A DNA stretch of 64,000 nucleotides from an uncultured Planctomycetota bacterium (lineage in GTDB: Bacteria > Planctomycetota > Planctomycetia > Isosphaerales > Isosphaeraceae), in the NCBI GenBank assembly GCA_963737655.1, contig CAVTTN010000002.1:4768001-4832000 (forward strand), written 5' to 3'. Position 1 is the first letter of the stretch, and each line of letters begins with the position of its first letter. Position numbers and translations under genes: made by a program. The notes under the pieces are model-generated. The model made no database searches. It worked only from the letters and a program-made list of their open reading frames with translations, and was not told the origin of the DNA. Positions 62,767 through 64,000 of the stretch are shown here, piece after piece.

Positions 62767-64000
62767 ATGGCCACGACCATCCCCGCAGCTTCCCGGGCCC
62801 AGCCGTTCACCACGAACGTCCCGGCCCGGCTCGACCGCCTGCCCTGGAGCCGCTGGCACGGGAAGGTCGTGATCGCCCTGGGCATCACCTGGGTGATTGA
62901 CGGCCTCGAAGTCACCCTCGTCGGCGCCGTCAGCCCGATCCTGGAGCATCGCGACACGCTCGGGCTGACCAGCACGCAAAACGGCCTGCTGAACACGGCC
63001 TATCTCCTGGGCGCGGTCCTGGGGGCGCTGGTTTTTGGCTATTTGACCGACCTTCTCGGCCGGAAAAAGCTATTCACGGTCACGCTGGGCCTCTACCTCG
63101 TGGCGGCGTTCCTCACGGCGTTCTCCTGGAATTTCTGGAGCTTCGCCGTCTTCCGATTCTTCACCGGGGCGGGGATCGGCGGCGAGTATTCGGCGATCAA
63201 CTCGGCGATTGACGAGCTGATCCCGGCGCGATTGCGAGGGCGGGTGGACCTGGCGATCAACGGGACGTTCTGGGTCGGCGCCGCGATCGGGTCCCTGGCG
63301 ACGGTCTTCCTGCTCGACCCGCGAATCCTGCCGGCGGACCTGGGCTGGAGGCTGGGGTTCGGGATCGGCGCGGCGGTGGGCCTGGTCGTCGTGTTCCTCC
63401 GCCATTCGGTGCCCGAAAGCCCCCGATGGCTGATGACCCGGGGCCGGAAGGACGAGGCCGAAGCGATCGTCTCGGAGATCGAAACGGCCATCGAATCGGA
63501 GCCGGGCTCGCGGCCTTTGGCTCCGGCCGATCGCTCGATCCGCATCCGCCCTCACGGCCCGGTCGGCTTCGGCCGGATCGCCTCGACGATGCTCCGCCAG
63601 TACCCGAAACGCACGGTCCTGGGCCTGACGATGGTGCTCTCGCAGGCGTTCCTCTACAACGGCGTGTCGTTCGCGTTCGCGCTGATCCTGGCGAAGCTTT
63701 ATGGCATCGCCGAGGACCGCGTCGGGCTGTACCTCCTGCCGTTCGCCCTGGGGAATTTCCTGGGACCGCTGGTCCTCGGGCGATTCTTCGACACCGTGGG
63801 CCGCAAGCCGATGATCGCGGGGACGTATGCGATCTCGGCGGCCTTGCTCGTGGTCTCGGGGTTCCTGTTCGAGAGGGGGATGCTCTCGGCGACCTCGCAA
63901 ACGCTCCTCTGGGCCGTGATTTTCTTCTTCGCGTCGGCGGCGGCGAGCTCGGCGTATTTGACAGTCAGCGAGATCTTCCCCCTGGAGCTCCGGGGGATGG
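62767..64000 (+). CDS. MFS transporter (sugar porter-like), 3' end runs off the window
   Basis: Manual translation: RLDRLPW, DLLGRK, GIGGEY, ELIPARLRG, PESPRWL, SEIFPLELRG. Confidence 0.92.
   Translation, partial: MATTIPAASRAQPFTTNVPARLDRLPWSRWHGKVVIALGITWVIDGLEVTLVGAVSPILEHRDTLGLTSTQNGLLNTAYLLGAVLGALVFGYLTDLLGRKKLFTVTLGLYLVAAFLTAFSWNFWSFAVFRFFTGAGIGGEYSAINSAIDELIPARLRGRVDLAINGTFWVGAAIGSLATVFLLDPRILPADLGWRLGFGIGAAVGLVVVFLRHSVPESPRWLMTRGRKDEAEAIVSEIETAIESEPGSRPLAPADRSIRIRPHGPVGFGRIASTMLRQYPKRTVLGLTMVLSQAFLYNGVSFAFALILAKLYGIAEDRVGLYLLPFALGNFLGPLVLGRFFDTVGRKPMIAGTYAISAALLVVSGFLFERGMLSATSQTLLWAVIFFFASAAASSAYLTVSEIFPLELRGM

Overview
High-GC, gene-dense bacterial window that looks like Planctomycetota, probably Isosphaeraceae. 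This is inferred from the PEP-CTERM protein, the HEAT-Hint protein, the short BON protein and planctomycete-type secreted proteins. Housekeeping and metabolic genes include a copA-like P-type ATPase, purL/purQ, a tyrA-like gene, kynB/kynU, bcp, pfkB, a HAD phosphatase, archease, an Aas-like ligase and an MFS transporter. About ten genes, including purQ, carry 1-2 nt frameshifts, often in homopolymer or GC runs. These most likely reflect long-read assembly error rather than pseudogenes. The best candidate for an undescribed system is a co-directional locus at 34.7-45.2 kb. It encodes a kinase-like DUF2252 protein, a membrane protein, an Hsp70 whose helical lid is replaced by a VWA domain, two membrane proteins with degenerate FHA domains, an exported QW-repeat+VWA protein and a protein resembling a PpkA C-terminal domain. 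A GrpE-like gene (58-59 kb) and a WD40/pseudo-caspase + FHA-Zn-kinase + SycD-like operon (25-31 kb) lie nearby. The intergenic DNA holds about ten families of REP/MITE-like palindromes, three of them nested one inside another, with no transposase in the window. No rRNA, tRNA or CRISPR array was found. Family assignments come from motif recognition only; no searches were run.
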